A program made the position numbers and the translations under genes. A model generated the notes under the pieces. It did no database searches. It saw only the letters and a program-made list of their open reading frames with translations, and was not told the DNA's origin. Positions 1 through 9,655 of a stretch of DNA of 64,000 bases are shown here, one piece after another. Location of the stretch: assembly GCA_963837075.1 (NCBI GenBank), contig CAWILY010000001.1, forward strand, positions 48,098-112,097. The letters run 5' to 3'. Position 1 is the stretch's first letter; every line of letters starts with the position of its first letter. This DNA is from an uncultured Gammaproteobacteria bacterium. Lineage in GTDB: Bacteria > Pseudomonadota > Gammaproteobacteria > Steroidobacterales > Steroidobacteraceae.

Positions 1-70
1 TATCGACGGCTTGAGCGAACGACTCGACCTCCGCGTCCGTGAGATCGTCGGGACCTACAACTTGCTTCAT
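1..70 (-). CDS. 5' end (23 codons) of an unidentified gene continuing beyond the left edge
   Basis: Reverse-strand ATG at 68-70 with GGAG 6 nt upstream. Translation MKQVVGPDDLTDAEVESFAQAVD stays open to position 1. Too short to assign a family. Confidence 0.3.
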   Translation of the reverse strand, partial: MKQVVGPDDLTDAEVESFAQAVD

Positions 71-179
71 CGTGAACTCCACATCCTAAGTGTCACCGGA
101 AAGATCCTGCGCCTGCGTTGTCGTTGCGTTACCCGTAGGCCCTCTTGGTTCACGACCGTTCAATTTGTCAGCAAACTTG

Positions 180-515
180 CTAAATCGCCTGCGGCGGAAG
201 CGTTAGCGCCTCGATTCGGACCATCTTCATACGGCCGGCCGCACCGCTCTTGATGGACACCATGGACTTAGGGCAGTGGAAGTGTTCGGCGACGAGTGCG
301 ATTAGCTCCTCATTCGCTCTGCCTTCAATTGGCTGTGATCTGAGCCGGGCCAGCCATGTGCCACCTTCCGATCGTTCAAACGCACTGATGCGGGAGTTAG
401 GCTTGACCTTGACCCGGATAACAATGGAGGCGCTACGCTTCAAATGGTGCCTCGGCGCCGAAACGGTGATATCGGTAAGGCCTGAGTAATGGAACAGCTC
501 GGAACGAGAATGCAA
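180..515 (-). CDS. DUF167 (YggU-like) family protein
   Basis: IVIRVKVKPNSRISAFE...GRANEELIALVAEHFHCPKSMVSIKSGAAGRMKMVRI follows the DUF167 pattern (V.V.P......G.AN..L...LA.....V.I..G..SR.K.V.I). The true start may be internal to the listed ORF. Confidence 0.55.
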   Translation of the reverse strand: MHSRSELFHYSGLTDITVSAPRHHLKRSASIVIRVKVKPNSRISAFERSEGGTWLARLRSQPIEGRANEELIALVAEHFHCPKSMVSIKSGAAGRMKMVRIEALTLPPQAI

Positions 516-1125
516 ACCAGTGTCGGGATTGTGCTAGTGGGCGTTCTATAACGTTTAGCGTTTTTTGGGCTACCGCTGCCCATGGCGGTCGCCTTCACAC
601 GGCAGGGGCGCTTTTTTGCGGCTATTACCACGTCCAGAAGGTCCCCGATCCGCCCTGCCAGAACTACTTGTTTGACATTAGCCGCCATTCCATGCCCTCG
701 CGTGCAAACAGAAAGCCTTCTCCGCCGCAGACTCCGTTAGGGCCGACTGAGCAGATCTCTGCATAAACCAGAGCATGCTTTCTGAGCGGGTCGAACCCGA
801 GCTGCGAGAACCCCAATGCGAGCGGCCACGACGAGACATCGCCGGGTCTTGCGGCTACCACTTGCTTTCCGAGAACGGCCAACGATATGCGCTGCGTAAA
901 AGTGTCATTCTTCTGGTACAGCGCGGTGATGAACATGAGATCCGAAATACAGGACGCGCATTACTGCGCACCCTAAATTTCTATCACCCCCGTGCCTATA
1001 CCGCTTCCGGCAACGAATTGCCGGCAGCCAAGCCGTAGACCCTGGTCGCACTGCCCTATGAGCCGCTGACCAGGCCGTTCCGCGCTGCAGCTTCGTCCGC
1101 GGCCCCAGGGACATTGATTCTATCC

Positions 1126-1983
1126 TCAAATGAAGGGTTTTCCGCCCGTGACTGCAACTGTGGCTCCGGAGACGTAGCTGGCCTCATCGGTCGCGAGCAT
1201 CACGTAAACCGGCGCGAGTTCTTTGGGCTGTCCCGGCCGCTTCATCGGTACCTGCGTGCCGAACTCCCTGACCTTTTCCGCCGGCATGGTCGAAGGAATC
1301 AGCGGAGTCCATATCGGCCCTGGCGCAACACAGTTCACGCGAATACCCTTTCCCGCCAGAAGCTGTGCCAATCCACCGGTGAAGTTCTGGATTGCACCTT
1401 TGGTGGTCGCATAAGCGAGTAACTGGGGGCTGGGCGTGTCCGCGTTGACTGAAGTCGTGTTGATGATCGAGCTGCCTCTCTTCATATGCGGCAGCGCCGC
1501 CTTGGTCAAATAGAACATGCCGTAAATATTAGTGCGAAATGTGACGTCCCACTCCTCATCGCTGATGTCTTCCAAGGACTCAAAGCTCGCCTGATGGGCG
1601 GCATTGTTGACCAGTATGTCGATCCGGCCGAAAGCACCGACGGCCTCTTCAATGAGCGTGCGGCAGAAGCCGGGGTCTTTGATGTCTCCGGCCACCAAGA
1701 CGCATTCTCGTCCCGCCTGTTCCACGAGGCGTTGCGTTTCGCGTGCGTCGTCGTCTTCATTGTAATAGCTCACCACCACATCGGCGCCCTCCCGCGCGAA
1801 AGCGAGTGCTACTGCGCGGCCGATGCCTGAGTCCGCACCGGTGATGATGGCCTTCTTATCTTTGAGCCTCCCCGATCCCTTGTAGCTGTCTTCACCGTAG
1901 TCGGGCTGCGGATCCATCGCCTTACTGCTGCCGGGCATCGGCTGGCGTTGTTCGGGGAAAGGAGGGATTGGCTTGGTGCTCAT
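1126..1983 (-). CDS. SDR family oxidoreductase (YghA / general-stress-protein-39-like)
   Basis: TGADSGIGR cofactor motif, NNAA and YATTK catalytic motifs. The N-terminal PDYGEDSYKGSGRLKDKK segment is typical of this SDR subgroup. Start set at MSTKP (cat at 1981-1983); the longer ORF to 2097 is Arg/Cys-rich and unlikely. Confidence 0.85.
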   Translation of the reverse strand: MSTKPIPPFPEQRQPMPGSSKAMDPQPDYGEDSYKGSGRLKDKKAIITGADSGIGRAVALAFAREGADVVVSYYNEDDDARETQRLVEQAGRECVLVAGDIKDPGFCRTLIEEAVGAFGRIDILVNNAAHQASFESLEDISDEEWDVTFRTNIYGMFYLTKAALPHMKRGSSIINTTSVNADTPSPQLLAYATTKGAIQNFTGGLAQLLAGKGIRVNCVAPGPIWTPLIPSTMPAEKVREFGTQVPMKRPGQPKELAPVYVMLATDEASYVSGATVAVTGGKPFI

Positions 1984-2480
1984 AAAACATTCCTGAAAAA
2001 AATGTGCCGATGCGACCCCGGCGACAGGCAGTTTTTGCGTCCCTGATCTGCCGCAGCAGCGCAGCCGCATGCTCGTCTTGAATGGGCTGCCGGGCATGAG
2101 GCCTGCGGCATTAAACTGTGGATGCCGTTCGACGTAATTGCAGAGCGAATCACCACCGAGCGCTTTCGCCCAAGAGGGAAATTCACCAGGTTGCGACCAA
2201 ATCTAAGGCATGAACCCTGGTGCCGCTAAGGCGGGAAATCAACCATCCACGCGTAGGAAAAGGCTGGCTAACGCCGCAGCGCTGTAGTACGCGGCGTGAA
2301 ATCGCGGACATCCCGATACGGTCTGACGACGACAGAACCAACGGTACCGCTTCCGCTGCGAGGCTGCGACGGCGCTCGCGCTGGGAAATTCCCAGTCATG
2401 AATGCATGCTTGAGTCCTGCCATGTTGCGGCGGTCCGCAGCAGCGGCGCCGCAAGATCACTCTGACGTCTGGAGGAGACC

Positions 2481-3053
2481 ATGAAGCACGGCAAGCTCAA
2501 CGGACTCAAAGTCGCCATTCTGGCAACCGATGGATTCGAGCAGTCGGAGCTTACCGAGCCGCGCAAAGCACTCGATGAGGCGGGAGCCACGACGGAGGTC
2601 GTTTCCCCCAAGGAAGGGAAGCTCCGTGGCTGGAATCACAAGGAGTGGGGCCGCGAGGTCGCGGTCGATCAGACGCTACAGAACGCGGATCCGAAGGACT
2701 ACGACGCACTGGTACTGCCCGGGGGAGTCATGAATCCGGATAACCTGCGCACCAATCCGCGCGCGGTCGCATTCGTGAAATCGTTTTTCGATGCTGGCAA
2801 GCCGGTGGCCGCGATCTGTCACGGGCCTTGGACGGTGATCGAGAGCGGCGCCGCGAAGGGACATCGGATGACGTCATGGCCGTCGCTGAAGACCGATATC
2901 AAGAATGCGGGCGCCGAGTGGGTCGACGAGGAAGTGGTCGTCGACGGCAAGCTTGTGACCAGCCGCAAACCCGACGATCTGCCGGCATTCAACCGCGCGC
3001 TGATCGAGCTGTTCGCGGAGTCAGGCGCCTCACGCGCACGATCGCACGCCTGA
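2481..3053 (+). CDS. DJ-1/PfpI family protein (type 1 glutamine amidotransferase-like)
   Basis: KVAILATDGFEQSEL...DALVLPGG...PVAAICHGPW nucleophile-elbow Cys-His motif. Length is 190 aa. Confidence 0.85.
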   Translation: MKHGKLNGLKVAILATDGFEQSELTEPRKALDEAGATTEVVSPKEGKLRGWNHKEWGREVAVDQTLQNADPKDYDALVLPGGVMNPDNLRTNPRAVAFVKSFFDAGKPVAAICHGPWTVIESGAAKGHRMTSWPSLKTDIKNAGAEWVDEEVVVDGKLVTSRKPDDLPAFNRALIELFAESGASRARSHA

Positions 3054-3125
3054 TGGAGATGGATTTGCAGGCTCCGAAGCGGCGCATGGGACGCCGCTGC
3101 CGGCCCGGCGAGTACGGTTACTCAC

Positions 3126-3629
3126 ATGAAATACCTCATCCTCTCTGCGCTGATGGCCGCTGCGCCACTTGCGGCGTACTCAGCTGACACCACGTCCGAT
3201 GAATCCTTCTACAAGAACCTGGCCGAAGGCGGGATCTCCGAGGTCGATCTCGGGAAGCTGGCGGAGCAAAAGAGCACCAACCCGAAGATGAAGGAGTTCG
3301 CCGAAAGGATGGTCAAGGATCATTCGGCCGCGAACGAAAAACTGCAAAGCCTCGCCGCCTCAAAAAACATTTCGCTGCCAAGCAGCGCAAGCGCAACCCA
3401 GCTGGCCACGAAGGCGAAGCTCGAAGTCCTCACCGGCCAGACCTTCGACGATTCCTATATCAAATCGCAGCTGAAGGCGCATACCCAGACAGTTAGCCTG
3501 TTGCAGAAAGAGATCGCCTCGGGGCAGGATGCCGATGCCAAGGGGTTCGCGAAGTCGCTGCTGCCGACGGTTCGTTCTCACCTGAAGGAGATCCGCGCGG
3601 TCGCCACCGAAGAGAACGTGAAAAGCTAG
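3126..3629 (+). CDS. DUF4142 domain periplasmic protein
   Basis: Signal peptide MKYLILSALMAAAPLAAYSA. EVDLGKLAEQKSTNPKMKEFAERMVKDHSAANEKL, repeated in the second half (FDDSYIKSQLKAHTQTV), is the DUF4142 pattern. Confidence 0.75.
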   Translation: MKYLILSALMAAAPLAAYSADTTSDESFYKNLAEGGISEVDLGKLAEQKSTNPKMKEFAERMVKDHSAANEKLQSLAASKNISLPSSASATQLATKAKLEVLTGQTFDDSYIKSQLKAHTQTVSLLQKEIASGQDADAKGFAKSLLPTVRSHLKEIRAVATEENVKS

Positions 3630-4058
3630 CGGCCGCGCGTCTCGAGCGGCGGAAAGGGGGTGCTGCCCGCAACCAATGGCTTTACGTGGTTAGCGGAACA
3701 GGTAGCGCATGCAACAACGGCAAGCACCTCCCGCTGCGGCCCCGCGTATTATTAGCCTAAGGACCCGTTGGTGACGCACGAAGCGGTGCATGCGCCCGCG
3801 TCTACGCCGGACCTACCTCAACTCACCCACGAAGTCGAAGGTCCCGCTAACGCTGAGGTCCCAGGTTACGAGCTCGGTAGACGGAAGTGCGGCATAAAGC
3901 CCACGAGGATTGATGATTTGACTCGCGGCCGAAGACTTCGATACCGGAAGAGACGTGCGAGAAGCCTCCGACACGCGGTCGCGCCTCAGGCTGTCGGCGC
4001 GCCGAAGGCGAACCCTTTAAAGTCAAGCTCCTGATATCTCTGAGTGAAGGAGCCAACA

Positions 4059-4577
4059 ATGGGTGCCAAGTCCAGTATCAAGGAAGCGACGAGAAAGGTT
4101 GCGAAGGTTCTCGAAGGCAAAGCGACGCAGGAGACCGATATCCTCGATACGTTGAAGAAGGAACACGAAGAGGTGAAGTCCCTCCTCGCGGAGCTGCAGG
4201 ATGCAGATTCTGTGAGCGAACGCCGCGAGCTAGTGCGCAAGATTAAGGCTGCCCTCGTGCCTCATACCAAAGCTGAGGAAAAGGTCGTTTACGACGCCAT
4301 CATTGCCACCAGCGAACGCGAAGCACAGACGGACGGATTCGAGGGCTACCTGGAACACGAATGGGCCTCCAAGACGCTCGCGCGCCTTGAAGCCGAGGAG
4401 CCTGACTCGCCCGAGCATAAGGCGGCGGGGAAGGTGTTGAAGGATTTGGTCGAGCACCACATCGAAGAGGAAGAGAACAACGTTTGGAGCGATGTGCGCG
4501 AGCATTTCGATGAGGAGGAGCGCACGAGTATGAACGTCGAGTTCGAAACCGCAAAACGGAAGGTGAAGCTGTCCTAG
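4059..4577 (+). CDS. hemerythrin (HHE cation-binding) domain protein
   Basis: ILDTLKKEHEEVKSLLAEL ... HTKAEEKVVY ... LVEHHIEEEENNVW His/Glu helices. The ATG at 4059 has AAGGAG 6 nt upstream and is preferred over the GTG at 4044. Confidence 0.7.
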   Translation: MGAKSSIKEATRKVAKVLEGKATQETDILDTLKKEHEEVKSLLAELQDADSVSERRELVRKIKAALVPHTKAEEKVVYDAIIATSEREAQTDGFEGYLEHEWASKTLARLEAEEPDSPEHKAAGKVLKDLVEHHIEEEENNVWSDVREHFDEEERTSMNVEFETAKRKVKLS

Positions 4578-5082
4578 GATGATGGTGCCGCCCCGCACGC
4601 GAACCAGGCGACAGAGAGCCGCCCGCTCGACCGCGGGGCCGCCTGCGTGCACCGGGAAAGCGGAGACTCGAGGCAGCAAGCCGGCAGTGGCAGCGTCCTC
4701 GCACAGGAAGCTCGCCCGTGATCGGGCCAAGAGAGATGGAATTCCAACCGGACCGACCCTGAGGATGAGGGAAGTTCGCCCGCCCCGGTGGCCCGCCCGC
4801 TGCGCAGTCGCGGAGCCGCGCATGCCAGCGCCCATCGGAGCGTCGATTCAACGGCAAAGCCGACGGCGGCGACTGGGCCGCAAGATGCGCATCTCGAAGC
4901 CGGAAAAAGCCTTGTGGCCGGCGCAGATGGAGAGCCTCGCGGGGCGGCAGCGCAGCTGGCGGCGGCGGAGTTTCATCCCTGGAATTGCGCCCCCTGGTGC
5001 AAGGAGGAGCCACCGCTGGCGAGAGTGCTGAAGCGCCTGGTCGGCAGCCGCAAGGTAGCCTGAAAGGCAGCGGGCCGGACAG

Positions 5083-6117
5083 ATGGCTGCATTGCTTCCG
5101 CCCACCTTCGCGCCGATGGAGGCACGGCTCGTCGCGGAGCTTCCGAGGACCGGGAAATGGCAATTTGAACCGAAGTGGGACGGTTTCCGCTGCCTATGCT
5201 TACGCGACGGCGCCAGCGTCGAGCTTCGCGGCAAATCCGGAAAGCCGCTCGCGCGCTACTTTCCGGAAATCGTCGACGCGCTGGCGGATTTGAAATCTAA
5301 ACGGTTCGTTCTCGATAGTGAACTGCTCATTCCCAGCGGCGCGACCCTGTCTTTCGATGCACTGCAGATGAGACTGCATCCGGCTGCCAGCCGGGTTCAG
5401 CGGCTGGCGCGCGAGACCCCGGCGCTGCTCATGGCGTTTGATATCCTGCTAGCTGGTTCAAAAGTGCTTATCAGCTCACCTTTGCCCGAGCGCTGTGCAG
5501 CTCTGGAGAAGTTCTTCGTTCGCGAAGGGCGCCGGCCGCAGCTGCGGCTGTCGCCGTTCTCACGCGAGCGCAACGAGGCGCAAGCCTGGCTGGCGCGCGC
5601 GGGCGGCGGGGCGCTCGATGGCGTGATTGCAAAGCCTCTCGACCTGCCTTATCGGCCCGGCGAACGCGCGATGCTGAAGGTCAAGTGCCTGCGCACTGCC
5701 GATTGCGTGGTGGGTGGCTTCCGCTACGCCACACATAGCAAGGAGGTCGGCTCCTTGCTGCTTGGCCTGTTCGATGATGAGGGGAAATTGAATCATGTCG
5801 GGTTCACGTCCGGAATTTCCATCCGCGAGCGGCCGGCGCTCACCAGTAAACTGCAAAAGCTGCGTGGCGGGCCCGGCTTTACGGGCAAAGCCCCGGGAGG
5901 ACCGAGTCGCTGGTCGAATGAACGCAGCACACAGTGGGAGCCGCTTCAGACGAAGCTGGTGGTGGAAGTTCAGTATGACCAGGTCACTGCCGAGCGCTTT
6001 CGGCATGGGACACGCTTCCGGCGTTGGCGCCCTGACAAGACCCCGCAGCAATGCACCTTGAGTCAACTGCGACGCGAGGCCAGGCCATCAAGATTGCTCG
6101 ACGCCGTGATGAGGTGA
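5083..6117 (+). CDS. ATP-dependent DNA ligase, stand-alone (LigC-like) form
   Basis: Adenylation motif FEPKWDGFRC. Later motifs LDGVIAKPLDLPYRPGER.MLKVK. OB-fold end ERFRHGTRFRRWRPDK. 344 aa, with no polymerase or nuclease domains. Confidence 0.85.
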   Translation: MAALLPPTFAPMEARLVAELPRTGKWQFEPKWDGFRCLCLRDGASVELRGKSGKPLARYFPEIVDALADLKSKRFVLDSELLIPSGATLSFDALQMRLHPAASRVQRLARETPALLMAFDILLAGSKVLISSPLPERCAALEKFFVREGRRPQLRLSPFSRERNEAQAWLARAGGGALDGVIAKPLDLPYRPGERAMLKVKCLRTADCVVGGFRYATHSKEVGSLLLGLFDDEGKLNHVGFTSGISIRERPALTSKLQKLRGGPGFTGKAPGGPSRWSNERSTQWEPLQTKLVVEVQYDQVTAERFRHGTRFRRWRPDKTPQQCTLSQLRREARPSRLLDAVMR

Positions 6118-6325
6118 CGCCGATCGGCGAAGCTCGAGCCCGCCTTGCGCGTACGGGACACTTGGACGTGATAGCTCCAGGCGCAGCGACAACTGACGCC
6201 AGCTCGGTCGATAACTGCGCAAAGGCCGGATCCTGATATTGCGAGAGGAAGCGCCGCTTGAACTCGTCTTCGCCCAGGTGCGGGTCGGGCATCTGCTTGG
6301 GCGGCTTGGGAGCTTGGCTGCCCAT
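6063..6325 (-). pseudogene. possible N-terminal remnant of a flavodoxin-like NAD(P)H oxidoreductase
   Basis: MGSQAPKPPKQMPDPHLGEDEFKRRFLSQYQDPAFAQLSTELASVVAA continues only after a frame change as AWSYHVQVSRTRKAGSSFADRRH. It then runs into the 3' end of the convergent ligase gene. The family assignment is from memory only. Confidence 0.25.
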
Positions 6326-6331
6326 CGACAG

Positions 6332-6732
6332 TCACTCGGATGTCGGTCGGCGTTTGAGCCGCGGGTAGGCGTACCAAAGCCCCGCAAAGGCACTCGCCAG
6401 CGCGGTAGCCAGTGTCTCGCGGCCACCCAGAGAATGCGGTTGATGGCGTAAGCGACGAGCGCCACCTCCACGCAGAGGGCCACCAGTAGTTGGGCCATCG
6501 CGACGGTGATCATTCGCGAGGCGTACTCCGCAAAATAGGTGGAAATGCGGTCACGCTCGGCCTGACGGTGATACGCCGCCGGCGCCATGATCAAGGCGAT
6601 CGCGCAGGCGACCAGGACAATCGCACCCAGGTGCAATAATCGTCCGAGGGGCGGCAAAGACTGCGAAAAGCCCCGATTGAAGACCGCAATCAACTGAAAG
6701 CCAAAAAGTCCCTGGATTCCGGGCAATACCAT
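6332..6732 (-). pseudogene. DUF6328-like membrane protein, apparently frameshifted
   Basis: VLPGIQGLFGFQLIAVFNRGF...APAAYHRQ fits the DUF6328 layout. After AINRILW (about 6405-6415) the frame turns Arg-rich. A different frame gives a plausible hydrophobic end, ETLATALASAFAGLWYAYPRLKRRPTSE, with its stop at 6332-6334. Conserved-looking residues (EEPLEQVDHIIEESR) lie upstream of the only ATG with no canonical start. Confidence 0.4.
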
Positions 6733-6897
6733 GCGGCTCTCTTCGATGATGTGGTCGACTTGTTCAAGCGGCTCCTCCGTTTCAGCTCTTTTGGCAAGGG
6801 CACTGCTCCGAGCTCACCTGTGTTCAGTCTGCCGATAAGTGCAGTTGAAGGCCGCCCCGCCACGGTTTGACTGCCATCAAGATCATTGCAACCCTCT

Positions 6898-7929
6898 CTA
6901 AGGCTGCCCTTGGCCCCCGCCGGATCCGTAAATGTTGCCAGTGGCGAAGCTCGCGTCGTCGGCAGCCAATTGAACGTAAATTGAGGCAAGCTCCGCAGGT
7001 TGACCGGGGCGCCCGAGTGAGGTTGTGCTGCCGAAGTTCTCGTATTTCTGCTCCGACGCACCGCCGCTGATTTGCAGAGGCGTCCAAATCGGCCCCGGCG
7101 CGACCCCATTGACCCGAATGCCGCGCGGCCCGAGCTGCTTGGCGAGGGACTTCACGTAATTCATCGTCGCCGCCTTGGTTTGCGCATAGTCATACAAGTC
7201 CGGAGAGGGATCGTACGCTTGCTCTGACGTTGTCCCGATGATGGCTGCTCCGGGCTTAAGGTGCGGAAGGGCAGCCTTGATGATCCAGAAAGGTGCGTAA
7301 ATGTTGGTTTTCATGGTAGCGTCGAAATCTTCGCTGCTGAGATCCGAAATCGACGCCCGGGATTGCTGACGCCCGGCATTGCATACCAGGATGTCGAGGC
7401 CGCCCAGTTTTTCCACCGCCTCTTCCACCAGTTTCTTGCAAAAGACCTCCTGCCGAAGATCGCCTGGGATCGGCACACCTTTCTGGCCGGCCTCTCCGAT
7501 CAGCTGAATGACCTCGCGCGCATCAGGCTCCTCTGAAGGGTAGTAATTGATCGCAACATCGGCGCCTTCGCGGGCGTACGCGATCGCCGCAGCCCGACCC
7601 ATCCCAGAGTCACCGCCGGTGATCAGGGCCTTGCGACCCTTGAGACGACCTGAGCCGCGATACGTCGTCTCACCGTGATCCGGTTTGGGGTCCATGTCGC
7701 GGGCCAGTCCCGGCCAGGGTTGAGTCTGCTTCTTGAACGGTGGCTGCGGATACTTTGAGCGTGGGTCCTGCATGGTCGTGTTCCCCATGGAATGCTTGTC
7801 GAAAGTCGAATTATCCTGCGCTCGCATAGGATTTGACCCCGCCATCGCCGCCGCACCCATTCCGGCCATTGCCATCGCTTCGCGCCTGGACACCGTGCGC
7901 CGATTGCTTCCGTCCATATAACTCTCCAC
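6898..7929 (-). CDS. SDR family oxidoreductase (YghA-like paralogue) with twin-arginine-type leader
   Basis: N-terminal SRREAMAMAGMGAAAMAGS. TGGDSGMGR, CNAG and YAQTK motifs. PDHGETTYRGSGRLKGRK is shared with the 1126-1983 product. Confidence 0.85.
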   Translation of the reverse strand: MESYMDGSNRRTVSRREAMAMAGMGAAAMAGSNPMRAQDNSTFDKHSMGNTTMQDPRSKYPQPPFKKQTQPWPGLARDMDPKPDHGETTYRGSGRLKGRKALITGGDSGMGRAAAIAYAREGADVAINYYPSEEPDAREVIQLIGEAGQKGVPIPGDLRQEVFCKKLVEEAVEKLGGLDILVCNAGRQQSRASISDLSSEDFDATMKTNIYAPFWIIKAALPHLKPGAAIIGTTSEQAYDPSPDLYDYAQTKAATMNYVKSLAKQLGPRGIRVNGVAPGPIWTPLQISGGASEQKYENFGSTTSLGRPGQPAELASIYVQLAADDASFATGNIYGSGGGQGQP

Positions 7930-8456
7930 GTCGAATCAGAAGCAGCTGAATGCATACATTAGTGGCGAGAGCTTGCAGACGCTCACGGCCTAAAGCGTCG
8001 ATATTTGTAAGATTGTGCCGTCATAAACCAAAGAGCGGATTCATAAAACGCTCGAAATTCAGGCTTCGGTGCCCACTTGGCGGTGGCGAACCCTGCAGCA
8101 ATTTACTTGGCGGGCTAGCTGCTCCAGTTAGGCTCGCGGTTTGGCAATCAGCTCGGCATGCGTATCGAGGCGCTTCCGCTTCAGGACCCGTGCGCAATAG
8201 GTGCTCGGGTCGCGGGACCTTTGGATCTGTTAAGTCTGCGCACGCGCCCGAACCACCGGATGACGCCGGTCTAACTCCTAACGCTTCAGCTTCAAACAAG
8301 TGGTGCGGCCCTGACCGCCGAAGCAGCGCCCGCATCACCGCACGCGCCTGCGGTCGGCTGCGGACTACGCGGTCAGATCGTGTCGGCCTACAGAAAGAGG
8401 CGCCCTCCGACAGCAATCTTGTCACCCGCTGCTGCAAGACACGAAACGAGACAACT

Positions 8457-8909
8457 ATGCCGCGACAGATGCCCTCACTCACTCTGGCTGACGCGCGGGA
8501 AATCATTGCGGCCGGAGAGCGCAAGGCGCAGGAGCTCGGCGTTCCCTACAACCTCGCGGTCGTCGATGCCGGCGGCAACCTGATCGCGCACGCGCGCATG
8601 GACGGGGCATGGCTCGGCAGCATTGACATCTCCATCCACAAGGCCTGGACGGCGTGCGCCTTCGAGATGGCGACCGAGGATCTGGCGAAGATGGCGCAGT
8701 CGGGCAAACCGCTGTTCGGCATCAATAGCACTAACCATGAGAAGGTGGTGATTTTCGCCGGCGGCATGCCCGCGAAGCTGGGGGACACTGTGGTCGGCGG
8801 CGTCGGCGCCAGCGGCGGCACGGTCGAGCAGGATCAGAAGGTGGTGGAAGCCGCGATCGGCGCGCTGAGTGAGCGGAGCCGCGCGCGCCAGCCGACGGCG
8901 AGCGTATGA
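8457..8909 (+). CDS. GlcG/HbpS-like haem-binding protein (DUF336)
   Basis: LTLADAREIIAAGERKAQELGVPYNLAVVDAGGNLIAHARMDGA...SIHKAWTA...GGVGASGGTVEQDQ. Start is the ATG at 8457 inside the long GC-rich ORF 7950-8909. Confidence 0.8.
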   Translation: MPRQMPSLTLADAREIIAAGERKAQELGVPYNLAVVDAGGNLIAHARMDGAWLGSIDISIHKAWTACAFEMATEDLAKMAQSGKPLFGINSTNHEKVVIFAGGMPAKLGDTVVGGVGASGGTVEQDQKVVEAAIGALSERSRARQPTASV

Positions 8910-9655
8910 GCGCGATCGCACCGCTCCCCTACTGCGGCAGCCCGCCGCTGCCCGGGGAACTGCTCAGCCGTTTCAACCTCGACCCGGTACTGATCGCAGC
9001 GCTGCTGCTGCTGGCGCTGCTGCACCTCGCCAGCCGGCGACTGGCGAGGCAACGCATCTACGCCGCCTGTGGCTGGCTCATCGCCTCGGGGGCGCTGATC
9101 ACGCCGCTATGTGCCCTGTCGGTCGCGCTGTTCTCCGCGCGCGTCGCGCAGCACATGCTCCTCATTCTTGTGGCGGCGCCGCTGCTGGCGCTGGCGCTGC
9201 CGCCGGGCGGTGCACGCTTCGCACGGGCGCGGCTGTGGGGCGCGAGCGGCCTGTTCCTGATCGCGCTCTGGTTCTGGCATATGCCACGCCCCTACGACGC
9301 CACTTTCGAATCCACCGCGCTCTACTGGGCCATGCACGTGACGCTCTCGGGCAGCGCCGTGCTGTTGTGGCGCGAGATCCTGCAGAACCGCAGCGAGCAG
9401 GCCATGGAGGCGGTGGCCGCCGGTGCGCTGAGCTCCATGCAGATGGGACTGCTGGGTGCAGTGCTCGCTATGGCAGGACGGCCGCTGTTCTTCTGGCACC
9501 TGACCACCACCCAGGTCTGGGGACTGACGCCGCTGGAGGATCAGCAGCTTGGGGGCGTATTCATGTGGGTCCCCGGCATTCTGCTGTTCCTTTGGGCGGC
9601 GCTGCGCACGCTCGAGCGGTTGCGATCGTCGCTCGAGCAGTTGAAGAGCGCATGA
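8906..9655 (+). CDS. ctaG: cytochrome c oxidase assembly protein (CtaG, caa3-type membrane protein)
   Basis: Multi-TM protein with RVAQHMLLILVAAPLLAL and EDQQLGGVFMWVPG motifs. Its ATG overlaps the upstream stop (ATGA at 8906-8909). Confidence 0.7.
   Translation: MSAIAPLPYCGSPPLPGELLSRFNLDPVLIAALLLLALLHLASRRLARQRIYAACGWLIASGALITPLCALSVALFSARVAQHMLLILVAAPLLALALPPGGARFARARLWGASGLFLIALWFWHMPRPYDATFESTALYWAMHVTLSGSAVLLWREILQNRSEQAMEAVAAGALSSMQMGLLGAVLAMAGRPLFFWHLTTTQVWGLTPLEDQQLGGVFMWVPGILLFLWAALRTLERLRSSLEQLKSA

Noticed and set aside
664-936. 90-aa minus-strand ORF in the gap between the DUF167 and SDR genes
   Set aside because: It has no convincing RBS and no recognisable motif, and competing ORFs lie on the other strand. 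It is left unannotated.
2176-2389. GGGAAAT occurring three times (2176, 2233, 2383) in the SDR/PfpI divergent intergenic region as a shared promoter or operator motif
   Set aside because: I could not find a consistent partner element or spacing. The motif is not evident upstream of the other stress genes in the window.
4885-4925. ISKPEKALWPA, which resembles the N-terminal motif of LigD polymerase domains, just upstream of the ligase gene
   Set aside because: Only ~11 residues match, and the frame does not continue with any further LigD-like sequence. This is insufficient to call a remnant.
4230-5234. Several long overlapping ORFs (up to 287 aa) on both strands between the hemerythrin and ligase genes
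   Set aside because: All are Arg/Pro/Ala/Gly-rich with no recognisable motifs. They overlap each other in different frames, which is typical of shadow ORFs in high-GC DNA.
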